From the NCBI RefSeq assembly GCF_006345805.1, contig NC_043013.1:19530001-19594000 (forward strand): 64,000 nucleotides of DNA. The letters run 5' to 3'. A program made the translations under genes and the position numbers. Origin of the DNA: Octopus sinensis (taxonomy: Eukaryota). Positions 24,199-38,527 of this stretch are shown here, one piece after another (within the stretch, counting starts at the first letter, position 1; every line of letters begins with the position of its first letter). A model generated the notes under the pieces. It saw only the letters and a program-made list of their open reading frames with translations. It did not search any database and was not told the origin of the DNA.

Positions 24199-25940
24199 TA
24201 TATATACATACTTGCATATATACATTCATACATGCATACATATATGCACAGATACATATAAGTACATGAATATATAGACAGGCTGATTGATAGACGCATA
24301 CATACATGAATACACGCATGCATACAAATATAGATTATCGAGTGGCAGGCACTTTACTCAAGACAGAATCTGTTGCGAACGTGTTGATGTTCAGTTCACA
24401 AACGATGACGTAAGATCTCCACCACAGTCACTGCATGCTATGTATGCTACTCGTCCATATTGTTGACGGGGCAGCGGGGTAGGGTTCATAAGCTGTTGAA
24501 ATGTGGGGTTTCAATTTGAAGACACGTATCTTCCCAGGAAAGGACCAGGGCAAGAGAGCTACCGATTCAGTCTCTTTCTGTTGATTCAACTCGCGCGTTA
24601 CTACTGCGATTCTCTTAGAAAAGTATGGCAGGAAGCACTGGTATTAATTATAGTTGTATCTTGACCAATGTTTAGTGAAGATTCTCATTAGCCTTTATAT
24701 ACCAGCACCATTAGGATGTACTAGATTTTGGTTATTCTTTACACTACTTTGCTACATCAGCTGTGTAGAGAGGGCACTTTCTCCGTATTAAGGCTACTTT
24801 GGCAGACTAGCAGAAACTGCAGTGCACCATTTGAATTTGGAAACATTTAGCTTTGCTTCGAAAAAACAATGGTTGATATTTTTGTGTTTCTTAAATTTTC
24901 TATTCCACTCTCTTATTTGGAAACATTCATTAAGCCACAAATATACAATAGAGGTAGCTTTTCTGCGCAAATTAGCAGGAATAGGTCCATCACCTTACTT
25001 CCCGCTCTAAATTTGATCCAGTGATTTAGATGAGAGGAAGCTTACTGAACAGCCCTCTAAAAATAGTACCTCAACATATGCAAATATACTGAATCTCAGA
25101 AAGGTGTTTTGCAACGTCACTATCCAAATACATCTGACGATTGGTTGTTTTAATTTACAAATCTGGCCTTACCCTACAGAGATTATCCTAGATGGTGGTA
25201 TCTCTTTATCGGGAAACTATAACATTCTTTTGCAACCACTTACAATTTTACAAAAATGATTAGAATTTGTGAATTCCAGTACATTCTTCCATCGCTTATT
25301 ATTGAAAATTTTCCAACAAAGAGCTGGCTAAAATAATTTACTCCCTACATGAGGAATTTACTATGCCGGAAAATTTTTATTTCGTAAAACCTTTTATATG
25401 CTCATCAATATTAAGACTTCACTTTCCCTTGGTTAAGTGTGTGCTGTACACATAGCAGAGGCAGACATGAAAATATATCTTTCGCTAATAAATTGATGAT
25501 AATTCGGCTTGTTTCCAAAATAGCAATGAGGAGATAAATGTGTGGGATATTTGTTTTAGTTTATTTTTAGTTGGCAATAGCTCGAAGTGTTTCTGACTAT
25601 TTTTCTTTGTGTACTTTCATACTTCGTCCCTACTTGAATCGTGTGCATGAACGGCGACGTGAAAACAATTGTTGTAATTCAAGAAACCTCACCTTCTAAC
25701 AAAATATATAGAATATTTAGTATGCAGCAAGTAACTTTTCACCCCGTTTGTAAACACAGATGTCACTATTGCCATTCACCCTTTGTCTCCTTGATTTTGT
25801 ACAAGCATGCGTGTATGTGGATGTGTGTGTGAGTGTATGAGCGCGTGTGTGAGTGTATGAGCGCGTGTGTATATATCAGATACATACATACAAATGTATA
25901 TGGAAAATTACATATCAATACGTATGTATATATGTGTGTG

Positions 25941-25992
<52 letters not shown>

Positions 25993-26672
25993 AAGAGAGG
26001 CATACACGCAGGCAGACAAACAGAGAAATAGTGAGAGAGAAAGAAAAGATGGAGGCAGAGAGAGGGAAAAGCGTTAATAATGTTAGATAACGGGTATCTT
26101 CACTGTTAAAAGCACGACCGTGAACCAGTATTTTCTTCAGGTAACAGCAAAACCTAAAACTAGAAAACAGCAGTGAATGGTGGAAATATAGCACAAAACA
26201 GCAGAACAACGAGCATTTTGTAAAAAAAACATTAATGTTCAATATTCAATATGAGGGTTTTGAAAAGAAATTTCCCTCCAGCTGGGACACTGTAACTATC
26301 TTAACAATTCTATTCTCTAAAACATATATTCATGTCAGCTTGATAATTCACAAGGATAGCACTATATTCTTCTGTAATATCACACGACAACGCAGAATGC
26401 TATTAATGGAAATTTAGAAATGGAAACATATATAACTATGGCTTTAGTTTATATATATATTTTTTTGTTGTTGGTTGTCTTTTTGTGTTTGTAATAACAT
26501 CTGTTGTTGATATTGTTGATTATTGGCATATTGAAGTATGATGACACACACCACATACACACTCATACACATTCACATATACATATATATATATATGTAC
26601 ATACATATATATATATATATATGTACATACATATATATACATATGTACATATATATATATATATATATGTAC

Positions 26673-26725
<53 letters not shown>

Positions 26726-27177
26726 GGATATATATATGTATATATATATCTATATATATCTATATGTAAGTATATATATATCTATATATATCTATATCTA
26801 TCTATATGTATATAACACATACACACACATATATATATATATGCATATATACATACATATATACATGTGCGTGCATAAGGAATGAATAAAATTAACACTT
26901 CGTGTTCGTGTTATTCCATGCGATAGCAGCCAATTTTAGAAAGCTAGCACACATCGATATGTACTCTAAAACGCACGCACAATCACACATGCGCACACGC
27001 ACACACACACACATACACACACACACGCATTAACACACACAGGCGTATGTATATGTACATACGAATATGCATGTGTGTGAATATTGTGGTGTGATAACAT
27101 ATATTCGAAGCGGTCCCATAACTAATTTGAAGCACGGTCATAATACTCAGAGGTAACTCGCACACATATAATTAATT

Positions 27178-27220
<43 letters not shown>

Positions 27221-27221
27221 T

Positions 27222-27292
<71 letters not shown>

Positions 27293-30200
27293 CAGACAGA
27301 CAGATATACAGATAGACAGACATATCAAAAGTAGATAGACACCCTCATGAATCCGTGCGTCAAGCTTTTTGTGACCAATTATTATTTTTCAGTCCAGATT
27401 ACAGTATATTAATTGTTTACAGCATATAGCCATGTCGCGAACGCCAGAAGCAAATGAGTTGTCTGACATAGGTTTACGCTTATTGTCCGATCCCCATATA
27501 CTGCATTAATATCCCTCGCACTTTCCGTTGCGTTGTTGCCTTTATTGAACTCATAAGGCAAAATATGCCGAATATGCTCCTTTGTCACTGCTGTTATAGC
27601 TTTGAAAATGTAACTGTTAAAATCGAACTGAACTCTTCAAAACTTGCACTAAGATTAAGGGAAAGACAAAATTACTACCTGCTTTTAAAGCAAGTTGATG
27701 ACCATCTAGTCTGTAACGAGATGTCTAACGACTCGTGCGATGTCTTTGTTTAAAGAGAAAAATAGTTGTACACAGTCGACCTTGTTGTGTAACCAGCGAC
27801 CAGCTTCAGTTCAGTAACAGAACCAGGAATGCTTATAGAGTTGGATGCAGTGAATGAACAAGATATTTTTCTTCCCTCAAATTCCTCTTTGCACTACACA
27901 GGGTGTGGCTGCAGCCGCCTTATTCTCCTTTGATTCGAGAATGTTTCTCCCACCGAGTATACAGGATCCAAACTTCACATACGTAGGTATACATGATATA
28001 ACTCACTAAGAGTTGGCCACTATCACCTGGTTTAGCACACCGGTTGGTGCAGTTTACCTGGTGTGGCTGCCGGTGTATGCAAACAGATACATGGGGCCAA
28101 CCTTGAGAATTGGGGTTCAGTTAGATTCCAAAGCTCAGAAACCAACCCTAAGTGCGTGACGTAATCCTTCGTCAAACACGGTCAAATTCTTTCTTCCACT
28201 CTGTCTCATTTTCCCTTATATATAATAAAAAACACTTTCTGTCCTTAAATCTTTGATTAATTCCGCTTTTCCACAAGGCAAGTTATGTTTCATTGCATGG
28301 ATTTTTCTAACGCAAATCCATAACTGAATTTCCTCAATTCTGAATTTTAAACATTATTGCCGTCCACTCGCTCCGCGGATTTGCAGAATCGTTTGAGTAT
28401 CGGACGAAATGCTACGTGATGTTTCTTTACGGCTTTTTATTAACTACCTTCGGATGTAGCCAAAGTTAATTTCGGGTTTATCTGTCTCGGACATTGAAAT
28501 AAATGTCATTAATGAGTATGCGATTATTTTAAAAATAGCTCATGGGTGTGAAGACCGTGCCCTGCATAGTTACTGGTTGCTCTATAGCAAGGCATAGCAA
28601 CTGTTAATCCATCCTGCCAGGGGTATGTGAAATCATGGGACTGTAGTTTGGCGGATTATGAAGACCTAGCGGAAGATCTCAGCTGAGCCAACTTACATTC
28701 ACGCTGAGCAGTAGAAACCCAGCAGAACTTTCAAGAGTACCAAGCTCTATCAAGCTCTATCAAGAGAGTAACTGCCACGCATCCCTAGGGGCAGTATCTA
28801 TAGCTGCGTAATCAGATAATGAAATATTCACTACGACTCAAGTCTCCAATTCAAATTCATGATGGTGGAACTGGATGGTTACAGAAAGTTGTGGGAATCC
28901 GCGAAAGCAGTGGTCGAAAGAGAGAAATGAAAAAGAGGCCATCTTAATTGCCAATATCCTTTCAAAAGTGCGTTGTTTTGTAGTCGTCATTGAAACGCAC
29001 TAGATTCAGTTCAGTCTAATAGTTCAGCAATTAATCTAATTACGATTTATTAATCTTTAATTTACATCCGTCTTCGGTTAATTAACCACTCCTTACAACT
29101 ATTATATTCATATCCGCAGATTGATTTTTCTTAAATGATGCAATGTTGTATATGGAAACTGGTTTTATTGACATTCATATGGCAGTGCATTGGACGAAAA
29201 ACGGAGAACAAGAAATGGAAAGCAAGTTTTTACATTTGTGTTTATGGGTGAGCATGTTTATGTTTGTGTGTGTCTATTTATTTGTGAGTGTGACGGTTAA
29301 TGATCACGTGAAGGTGCATAATATTATGTGAGGGTGCATGACCACAGGGTGTTGCACTCACGATCGGGAGATGTGGTTTCCGTTCTTGGACTGGATGGTG
29401 CGTAGTGTTTACAAACACATCATGTCATGTGGCTCTGTGATCACATCGACACCTGACCTGTGGTACCCCGCGCACCAGTACAGAGAGGTAATATCAATTT
29501 TATGGAGAGAGCGATCCAATGTACAGCACATACATTTGATACATTTGATAAACAAATCTTTTGTGCCGGTAGTCCAGAAAGATACTGCAGAGACAACCAA
29601 CATCATAATCACTATCATCATTTATTCGTCTATGTTGGTTTGTGTGTGTGTGTGTGTGTGATTTTAAATTAGTATATTTCAACTTATACAATGATTATGG
29701 ACAAACTAATGAAACATGAAAATTTTGGATCGCAGAAATACCAGGCAAATCACTTCAAGTTTCTTCCATCGGTCTCAACATGAGAAGCTTTTTATTTGAC
29801 GATATCTTTACAGAAAAGGACAAAAATAAATTGCAGCCACTTTTCTGTTGTTCTAGGATTGAATGACTGGAATCGTTAAATATTTTCTTGACCCTGGGAG
29901 GATGAGGGTTAAAATCAACCTTTGAGAAATTCAATGGAAGAATCTAAAAACTGCAAAATATTTCGTTCGGAATTTAAAGGGTGTTGACTCTTCTGCTCCA
30001 CAAACATCCACCACATCTGTCCCCATTAAATATTTTAATAACTATACTCGGAGGAGGGTGACAAAATCAATAGAGAATAATTCAAAGTCTCTAGTTACAA
30101 AAATTCATAGTCTGAGTTCTAATCCTGTTCTAGTTAACTTTTACTTTCATCTACCTGGGATCGATACCGTAACTACCAATCAAAGACAAGTTCGATTTAA

Positions 30201-30505
30201 TCGATCATGCCAAACTGTAAAATGTGTGACGCATTATGTCAATTTTAGAAATCAATATTTAACGTTTTAAACAATCGATATAAAATATTTCACGAAAATA
30301 ATTTTATATCGATTGTTGAATCTTTGGGAATCCCTCACTCCTCGGAACTATTTTGAAATTCCTCTGTGAGATCCTGTCAAAAGTTTAGGTATATTAGAAC
30401 TTATATTATACAGTTATGTCCCTTTGTAAGACAATACGTGATTTGAAGGTGATTTGACTGTTATTTGTAGCCGTTTGCATATTTGGCATAGTATGCAAAC
30501 TGTCG

Positions 30506-30832
30506 TGGAGGCGCAGTGGCCTAGCGGTTAGGGCAGCGGAATCGCGGTTGGAGGTTCACGGCTTCGATTCCCAGACCGGGCGTTGTGTGTGTTTATTGAG
30601 CGAAAACACCTAAAAGCTCCACGAGGCTCCGGCAGGGGGTGGTGGCGACCCCTGTTGCACTCTTTCGCCACAACTTTCTCTCACTCTGTCTTCCTGTTTT
30701 TTTTAATAACGCTGCGATGGACTGGCGTCCCGTCGAGCTGGGGGGAACATATATGCCACAGAAACCGGGAAACCGGGCCCATGAGCCTGGCTAGGCTTGA
30801 AAAGGGCGACGTTTATCGTCTTTTGTTTATCG
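30506..30832 (+). mobile_element. tRNA-headed SINE, family B, full length with 12-bp TSD
   Basis: Head ggcgcagtggcctagcggttagggcagcgg...ggcttcgattccc. TSD tgcaaactgtcg at 30494-30505 and 30833-30844. Second copy at 63754. Confidence 0.9.
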
Positions 30833-31399
30833 TGCAAACTGTCGGACAATACTGATTATTTCGTTTTCCTTTCAACCCTCAATGTGTCCAATTCAAAGAT
30901 CTCAGCATTCTAATTTCTCACAGAACTCCATCTCTCCATGCAACTGAAGAAAATTAGGTGTATTTTTAGAAATTTTCCCTACACTGAAACTTTTGAATGT
31001 CTGATGGAAAGAAGGGTTCAAAATCATGCTTTATCTCGGTGGACGATGCGTCATTGTGGTTTGTTTTGCTTTTAGTGACTCGCTTTAGAAAATATATCTG
31101 ATAAGGGTATTTGTTTAGTGTTATGTACGTATCTTAATGTTGTTGTATTAACGGTAGCCTGACCTTTATTGATACTTTTGATGCTACAAATTAAGAATTA
31201 TCCTGTTTTAGTGTTAATTATAGTCATGTTAGCTTCAAATGAATCATACTTTTTCAGGGAATTTGTTAACAATTTATTCAGCCCTTTTTTATTCTATTTT
31301 CTTATTCTTTCAATTTCTATTTTCTATTTTTATTTTCTTATTCTTTGCTTGATGCTGAAATTATTTGTCCCTGGTTGATATGAATATTCCACAACACAA

Positions 31400-31795
31400 C
31401 AAAGTTCGTTTTGAGAAAGAATTGTTGGTATGTTGCGGAAAAACTGGGGTTATGCTGAAAAAGAACTGATGCTTCTTTTGTAGAAGAACTGCTGTTGTAC
31501 TTGGAAGAGTTAAGCTAATGTCATGAAAGAACCTGTGTTGTAATGTGGAAGAACTGAGGTTGTGATAATGGAAGAGCTGCTGTTGTTCCATTGTAGAAGA
31601 ACTGGATATATGTTGAGGAAGAACTACGAATATGTTGTGGAAAAACTGAGCTTGTGCCGTGGAAAAATTGGTGTTGTATTGTGGAAGAAATATTCTTGTG
31701 CTACTGAAGAAGTAGGTTGTGTCGTGGAACAACTTGTGCCGCATTATAGTAGAACTAGTGTAGAGTTGTGAAAGAACTGGGTTGTATTGTAGAAT
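31400..31795. repeat. Degenerate ~22-bp minisatellite, consensus close to TGTTGTATTGTGGAAGAACTGG
   Basis: Recurring [g/a]gaagaactg and gttgt.tt.t motifs at ~22-bp spacing. Confidence 0.75.
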
Positions 31796-32399
31796 GCGTT
31801 TTTTCTACGTCTATAATGTGTTGAATGTATGAGATTGCCACATAATGGGATTTGGAAAATTTTCATTCCTTTTCGAATTGGAACCCGATTTCAGTTTGCA
31901 AACGTGTTTTTGCCGTCTTCAAAGATGTATGTGCTGTGATAAGCATCGGTAGGAAGTGTGAAAAAATTAAAGGAATTGTTATCAATTTGTTGTAGTGCAG
32001 TGTGTAGAAAAGAAGATGATGTTTGGTGAGAAATCATTATAGTTGTCTTGGAGTTGGGGATTATGTATGTGTTGATGTTGATTGTTTAGGATGTAAAGGG
32101 ATTTTGGTTATAAAGCATTATGCTATCTGAATTATTTGCAAACCAGGACGCATTTGAGTAAATTGAAATTTTCACAATGGCGATCGTTGGCTAAATTGTT
32201 TTTATGAGTATTAAAGTATTGTAGTTTGGGTATCTAACTTGGAAGGAATGCTGTGGGACCAATTTAAGAGCTCCACAATTCTAGATTGCACTTAATGAGA
32301 AGTGCAAATATCTTCTCCCATATGCGTCTTCCAATTTACTCTCTCGTGATCGGGATATGTCAAAACCCCCCGGATAATAATTTTGTTGTGGCTTGGTTG

Positions 32400-32800
32400 T
32401 AATAACTGGGGTGAAAAGCACTTTTCCTTAATCGGAAACGGAAAAATTTGGAATACTTTTTCATGTGCCTCAATTGCCTATGGTTGAAATTTCAAGAACA
32501 TCGGAAATTTATGAATTTTTATGCTGGGCGGGGTGGGTGGGGGGTTCTGCCCCCCCCTTAAGCAAACTCAAATTCAAACCAAACTTTCTACATTATATCC
32601 GCCCATATGCATTGAATCTAAGTTCCAAATATCATAAGGATCCATTCAGTAATTTTGATCCATGGAATTGCATGAAACATACGGCATTACCTTTCTCAAT
32701 AGGCTTGGATTTTGTGTTCCAAATTTCATTAGAATGGGTGCAGCAGCTTTCGAGTCTATAAGTAACACACGAACACACATAAAGACATTGACTTTTATAT
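32400..32800. mobile_element. Possible non-autonomous Helentron/HINE-like or other unclassified repeat end
   Basis: ccaaatttcattagaatgggtgcagcagctttcgagtc...acacacataaagacattgacttttatat running into (TA)n resembles DINE-1/HINE-type termini. From memory only; single copy here. Confidence 0.3.
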
Positions 32801-32847
32801 AATATATATATATATATATATAATATAATATATATATAATATATATA

Positions 32848-32894
<47 letters not shown>

Positions 32895-33054
32895 TATATA
32901 TATATGTGTGTATATGTGTGTGTTTGTGCGTGCTTGTGTGTGTATATATAAATTACAAGTGTGTCCACCATGCATTTTGCATCACCATAATTATGAGACA
33001 AAGGAGTGCTATCTGTGCAGCACAGTCAAAGGAGAGTGGTAGAGCGATCATCCG

Positions 33055-33110
33055 TCCAGGTCGACCTTGCCTTTCGTCTTTTCGGGGTCGATAAAATAAG
33101 TATCAATTAA
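33055..33110 (+). mobile_element. SINE family A central fragment
   Basis: ggtcgaccttgcctttcgtcttttcggggtcgataaaataagta matches 48914-48960. Confidence 0.7.
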
Positions 33111-33207
33111 GCAATGAACTTACGCCTCACACTAATTTTCTGGCCTAGGGCTAAAATTTAAACCAATATGTATACTTGATGGTATGTGTATATGAGTATG
33201 TATACTG

Positions 33208-33249
<42 letters not shown>

Positions 33250-34559
33250 GTGTGTGTGTGTGTGTGTGTGTGTGTTGCTGTGTATATTTTTGAGAATGTT
33301 TGTGTACTGTGTGCTTGTTTATGTGTGTATGTAACTGTTTTTCTGCGCGTTTCTGTATGTGTATGAACACACACATCCCCTCACTCAAATATATTTATGT
33401 GTGTGTACGTGTGTGTGCTTGTATATGTACACACATGTTACTATGATCTCCATGAGTGTGTGTATATATATATATGAATGAGTATGAGTATATCTATTGC
33501 TGTCAATTCATGTGTGTATACAAATGTCGAACATATGTTACTGCGTTTATATACGTATCTTTATCTCTATAGATGTCCACATCGGCATGTATTTACATCT
33601 ATGTATATATTCCTAGATGTACGTTTATTTCGCTAAGTACGCATATCTGTATGTGTATACATCTATGTGTGTTAAGAATCTTGCGGTACGGCACTTAACT
33701 CTCTGCGCATGTATGTATGTATGTATGTATGTATGTATGTATGTATGTATGTATGTATGTATGTATGTGTATGTGTATGTTTGTATCTATGCATGCATCT
33801 ATGTATGTAGGTACATATACATGTATGTATGCATTTATGTATGTATGATTGTAAATATGTTTATATGTACGTGTCTAAATGTATGTATATATGTATGTTT
33901 ACATATGCATGTTTGCATGTGTTTTGCTTTTCAGCGCTGTGTATTGGAGTCGAGAAAACAAAGATCCTAGTTTCCTAACAGAAATCTCCTCTATACACTT
34001 TTGACACACAAAACCACAACCGAACAACCATTGTATCATGTAAACACGATAAAACGCCAATTAAATCAATGAGCCGTGTAATGGACTAAATGAACAACTT
34101 TCAAATATGTAGGAACAATATTCTGTTTTAGCAAAGATGACGTCGATTGAGATTATCGTCTGCACACAAAGATATCCGTATTAAATGTCGATTTAAAACA
34201 AAAAAATGAATAAAATGTATAAAACATCAACAATGGCAACTATAATGATGAAAATGTATTTAAAACAAAATATAGTTTAAAAAAACCTACTTTAAAAAAA
34301 GAAGAAACGGAAGAATCAAATAAATTTTTAAACTACAGGAGAAAATTATTTAGGAAATAAAGGCCTGAAATCTCTGCATAAAGTGTATCTATGGAATACA
34401 GCTTAATTTAATTATTTGTAGAGAATCAATAGACACATTTCGGAGCGAATGTAATCTATTGTTCAACGTTTTTCGCCCAAAACGCTACTACAAACATTAC
34501 TTCCTGTCGAATAATGCGTGTAATAAATGAAGGCGAAACGAATAGCAACAACAACAGTA

Positions 34560-34675
<116 letters not shown>

Positions 34676-35197
34676 GCACGCATTGCAGGCAATACAATAG
34701 AAATATGTAGTCATAAGTTCTCGTTCTCATTTTCTCCATTGACACAATAAGCTTTTGCTTTTGTTTTTGTCACATATATTTGTTCATTATTTTAGTTGTC
34801 TAGTATCATTTAATGATGGAATATCTATTTTCGTCATGAATTGGATGTATGAAGATGGCAAATATGAAATATGGGAGGAGAAATACAAAACTAACAACGA
34901 TAAAACAACAGAAAACTAAGACTATAGATGTATGTTTTTGTTTTTTTTTATGAACAGAATGAATAAAGACGCGGACTTTTGAATTAATGAAGACATAAAT
35001 ATGAATGATAGGAATTGATTAGTTAAATGTTTATGAGTTGTGAAGTAATTGCATATTGGATAGACTTACGCACTTATACTGACTTTCACCTACATTTGCA
35101 CCTGGCAACGAAAAAAGAAGTCATATGCGTGCAGACGATACAGTATATTTCACAAAATCTACAGTTATACAGATCAGCCACATTCTAGATTTATATA

Positions 35198-35431
35198 TAT
35201 TTCTTTACTATCCACAAGGGGCTAAACACAGAGGGGACAAACAAGGACAGACAAAGGGATTAAGTCGATTACATCGACCCCAGTGCGTAACTGGTACTTA
35301 ATTTATCGACCTCGAAAGGATGAAAGGCAAAGTCGACCTCGGCGGAATTTGAACCCGGAACGTAACGACAGACGCAATACGGCTACGCATTTCGCCCGGC
35401 GTGCTAACGTTTCTGCCAGTTCGCCACCTTA
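35198..35431 (-). mobile_element. SINE family A, full length, young, with 16-bp TSD
   Basis: Reverse complement of the 48822-49050 copy. TSD attctagatttatata at 35182-35197 and 35432-35447. Confidence 0.92.
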
Positions 35432-35619
35432 ATTCTAGATTTATATAGCTTTATCAGTTGAGGTACCAGACACCTATACATTTATACACCTTTACGATTT
35501 CAGGTACCATCATCCCCTACACTCTACATTTATGTAGCTTTATGTGTGAAGAATGTACGTCATCAAGCACCATTTACATTTACAGATCTTTATGAGCCGG
35601 TAACACATCATCCACAATG

Positions 35620-35779
35620 TACAACCGTTTCAGTCATTAGATTACGGCCATGCTGGGGCACCGCTTTGAAGAAATGTGTCGAAAGAATTAACCTTCGTAT
35701 TCAGTTCTTTTGAAACCGCGTATTCATTCTATGTGTTTCCTTTGCCGAACCTCTTACACACCAAACAAGTTGTCACACA

Positions 35780-35863
<84 letters not shown>

Positions 35864-36088
35864 CACACACACCACACACACACACAAACACACACGCACA
35901 CACACACACACACACATTATAGGACAGACTCCTTTCTGTTTCCCTCTACCAAATCCACTCACAGGGCTTTGATAGATCCGAGGCTATAGTAGAAGTCACT
36001 TTCTCAAGATCCCATTCACTGGGACTGAACCAGGAACCATGTGGTTTGGAAGCAAACTTCTAACCACACAGCAATGCATGCGCCTATA
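35620..36088 (-). mobile_element. SINE family C with expanded internal (GCAC)n/(CA)n
   Basis: Tail ttcagtcattagattacggccatgctggggcaccgc and head gggactgaaccaggaaccatgtggtttggaagcaaacttctaaccacacagc flank the microsatellite at 35775-35916. Confidence 0.82.
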
Positions 36089-36673
36089 CAGTTTTGTTAG
36101 TAAACGTACCACATCACATGTAAGGAACGTTTGTACACTTTTATACGTAGGTACCACATGGCCCATGACCCTTTTAAACAGCTTTATATGCGAAGACACC
36201 CCAACATAACCGATTCATATTTACACCACTTTATGTGTGAAGGAACCGTATTGCCTGCACTCTATATTTATATAATGTCTTCTGCTGCAATATGCATTAA
36301 TGATCCTTTATGACAATCAGACAAGATAATAAAGATTTGTCAACCATTGGAAGTGCTGAGGAGCAGTAAACAATCAGTTAATCATGGTAGAATACTCCAT
36401 CCCTCTCAATAAAGAAGCGCAAATGAGGTGAACTGTAGTCGTCGCTTGAGCTACCTAAAATAGTTGTCAACTACCCATCGGAGCACACTTAATAGATAAA
36501 TCAGCTAATGTGGTCATTTTTTACTGTGATGGTCATAACTGCAACTATTTCCATTACTGGGTCCTTCGATAAGGGTTACTTGAGACTATACGACAATAAC
36601 AGCTTCAACTTCATAAACTTGCAGTGCTGAATTCCAAATCCAATGGTTGTTATTGCTTGATGATGGACTAATA

Positions 36674-36758
36674 CCTTAAACCTAATCATAACCCTAACCC
36701 TAATCCTAGTTCTAACCCTAACCTTAAACCCTAACCTTAACCCTAACCCTAACCCTAA
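36674..36758. repeat. Degenerate telomere-like (CCCTAA)n tract
   Basis: About 14 hexamer units including several perfect CCCTAA. Confidence 0.85.
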
Positions 36759-37830
36759 TGTCGCCAACTATTGAATTCAATGCTAGATCAACTGTTATAA
36801 TGCCGTTCCTATCTGGGATGTTTCGAAGAGAATTGTGTATTCAAGTTAGAATTTGAAGTGTGACTTGTTGATCAGAAATCGTCCCAATTGAACTCTCGTT
36901 TTTTTAAATATTTTGTTGTTTTGTTATTCATTCCCTGGTGTGAATATAAATTATTAACTATACATTATCAGCAATTTATTCCTTAAACTGCGTTCTGTAA
37001 TAACAAAAGAAAAAATATAAAGTTTTAAATTCCAATTTCCGACACAAGTATTTTGTGAGGCATTTTTGCACTCATGGTGACTTTCATCTCCACATGTCAA
37101 TCCCTACAAATAAATTTAGTGTCGGACTCAGTCAGTATCGAACATTTGACTACGAATTCGCAGAAACCGTTATTAAATAAGTAAGCGTCCTATAAACTCC
37201 TTATTCCAAGCTACTGCAATAATTTTCTCGAAATAATATATCCATACTTCGTAATAATTTGGCTGATTTGCCTAAAGAATAAATGGCAAATGTAGATAAT
37301 ATTGAAAAATTTCCTAATAAAAATGTATCAATTTAAGAAAAAATGCCAAATGTTTGATAAGACCCATCAAGCTAAACTAGACAGTCAAGTAGATTGACTA
37401 TCAAATAAAAAAAATCAATCAAACTCAAATGAGTTCCAGTCGAACTTAAATCAAACTGAATCACGTTGTATGACCAAAGCTGGAGTCATGAAACAAACTG
37501 AATTTTGTCTTGTCTCAGGAAATGTGTCACCTACGTAAAAAGGATTTTATGTATACAGTGAATTAAAAGTATTATACAAATATAGCGAGATTAATATATT
37601 TATTTATATTGCCTGTTAAACTGTTTACGGGGCGCCCTTTATAGCATGGTTAAAGCTCTGAATAATGGTAGTAGCAATTATCAAGCAGCTCGAGACGTCC
37701 CTGTCAAAATGAATTCAATTTGGATTTGTCGACATAAAACGACTGAGTCAGATACATATGTGCGTGTATGTGTGTACGTAAGTGTGTGTGCGCGAGCGTA
37801 CACCGGCGCGAGTGAGTGTAGGAGTATATA

Positions 37831-37881
<51 letters not shown>

Positions 37882-38344
37882 ATATACATAATTATTTGAG
37901 GGAATATTAATCCTGACTTACAGGGAAAAAATTCAATTTAGAAATACTAAATCAAATTTCCCACAATATAATATATATAGAAAAATAGAAAAAAACACCT
38001 TTTATCAATTCAAAATGAACAATTAAAATACACCATCTAAAAAATTACATATAATAGAAATATTAAAATTAAAATAACAATAAAATATCAATGATTAAGT
38101 AAATTGCAAAAAACTAATAACGCTCATGTTTATCATTTCTGTTAAGTCAATAAGGTTCAGGTCTATTGAAATGATTCTTCCCCCATCCACTTTCTCGTAC
38201 AAGAATTGAACCCACGTGCCTGTTGTGTGTCCAGTTTAGCCACTGTCATTTAATGTTAAATTATGCAGGTGCGTAAGACACAGAAAAAAAGAGCTGTGAA
38301 AGCTCTGGTATTCCTAATATTTCTTTCTATAATAAACAAAAGCC

Positions 38345-38527
38345 CTGGATTTTGTGGGAGGGGTTTAATCGATTACATTGACCCCAGTTTTCAAATGACA
38401 TATCATCGATTCCAAAAGGATGAAAGGCAAAGTTGACCACGGCAGCATTTGAACTCGGAAGGTAAAGCTTGAAAAAATACCGATAAGCATTCTGTCCGAC
38501 CCACTAACGAGTCTGCCAGCTCACCTT
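38345..38527 (-). mobile_element. SINE family A, diverged
   Basis: aatcgattacattgaccccag...aaaggatgaaaggcaaagttgacc..gg...tttgaact...ctgccagctcacc. Confidence 0.75.

Noticed and set aside
27990-28180. Imperfect hairpin agcacaccgg...cctggtgtggct in a GC-richer patch
   Set aside because: Short, bulged stem within chance expectation; no family assignment possible.
30506-30580. tRNA gene
   Set aside because: Has A/B-box-like motifs but no complete cloverleaf, continues into a SINE body, has a TSD and a second copy at 63754.
31400-31795. CRISPR-like array
   Set aside because: Eukaryotic context, no unique spacers between repeats, no cas genes; it is a degenerate tandem repeat.
32526-32558. G-quadruplex motif gggcggggtgggtgggggg followed by a C-run
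   Set aside because: Single motif within a probable repeat remnant; no evidence of function.
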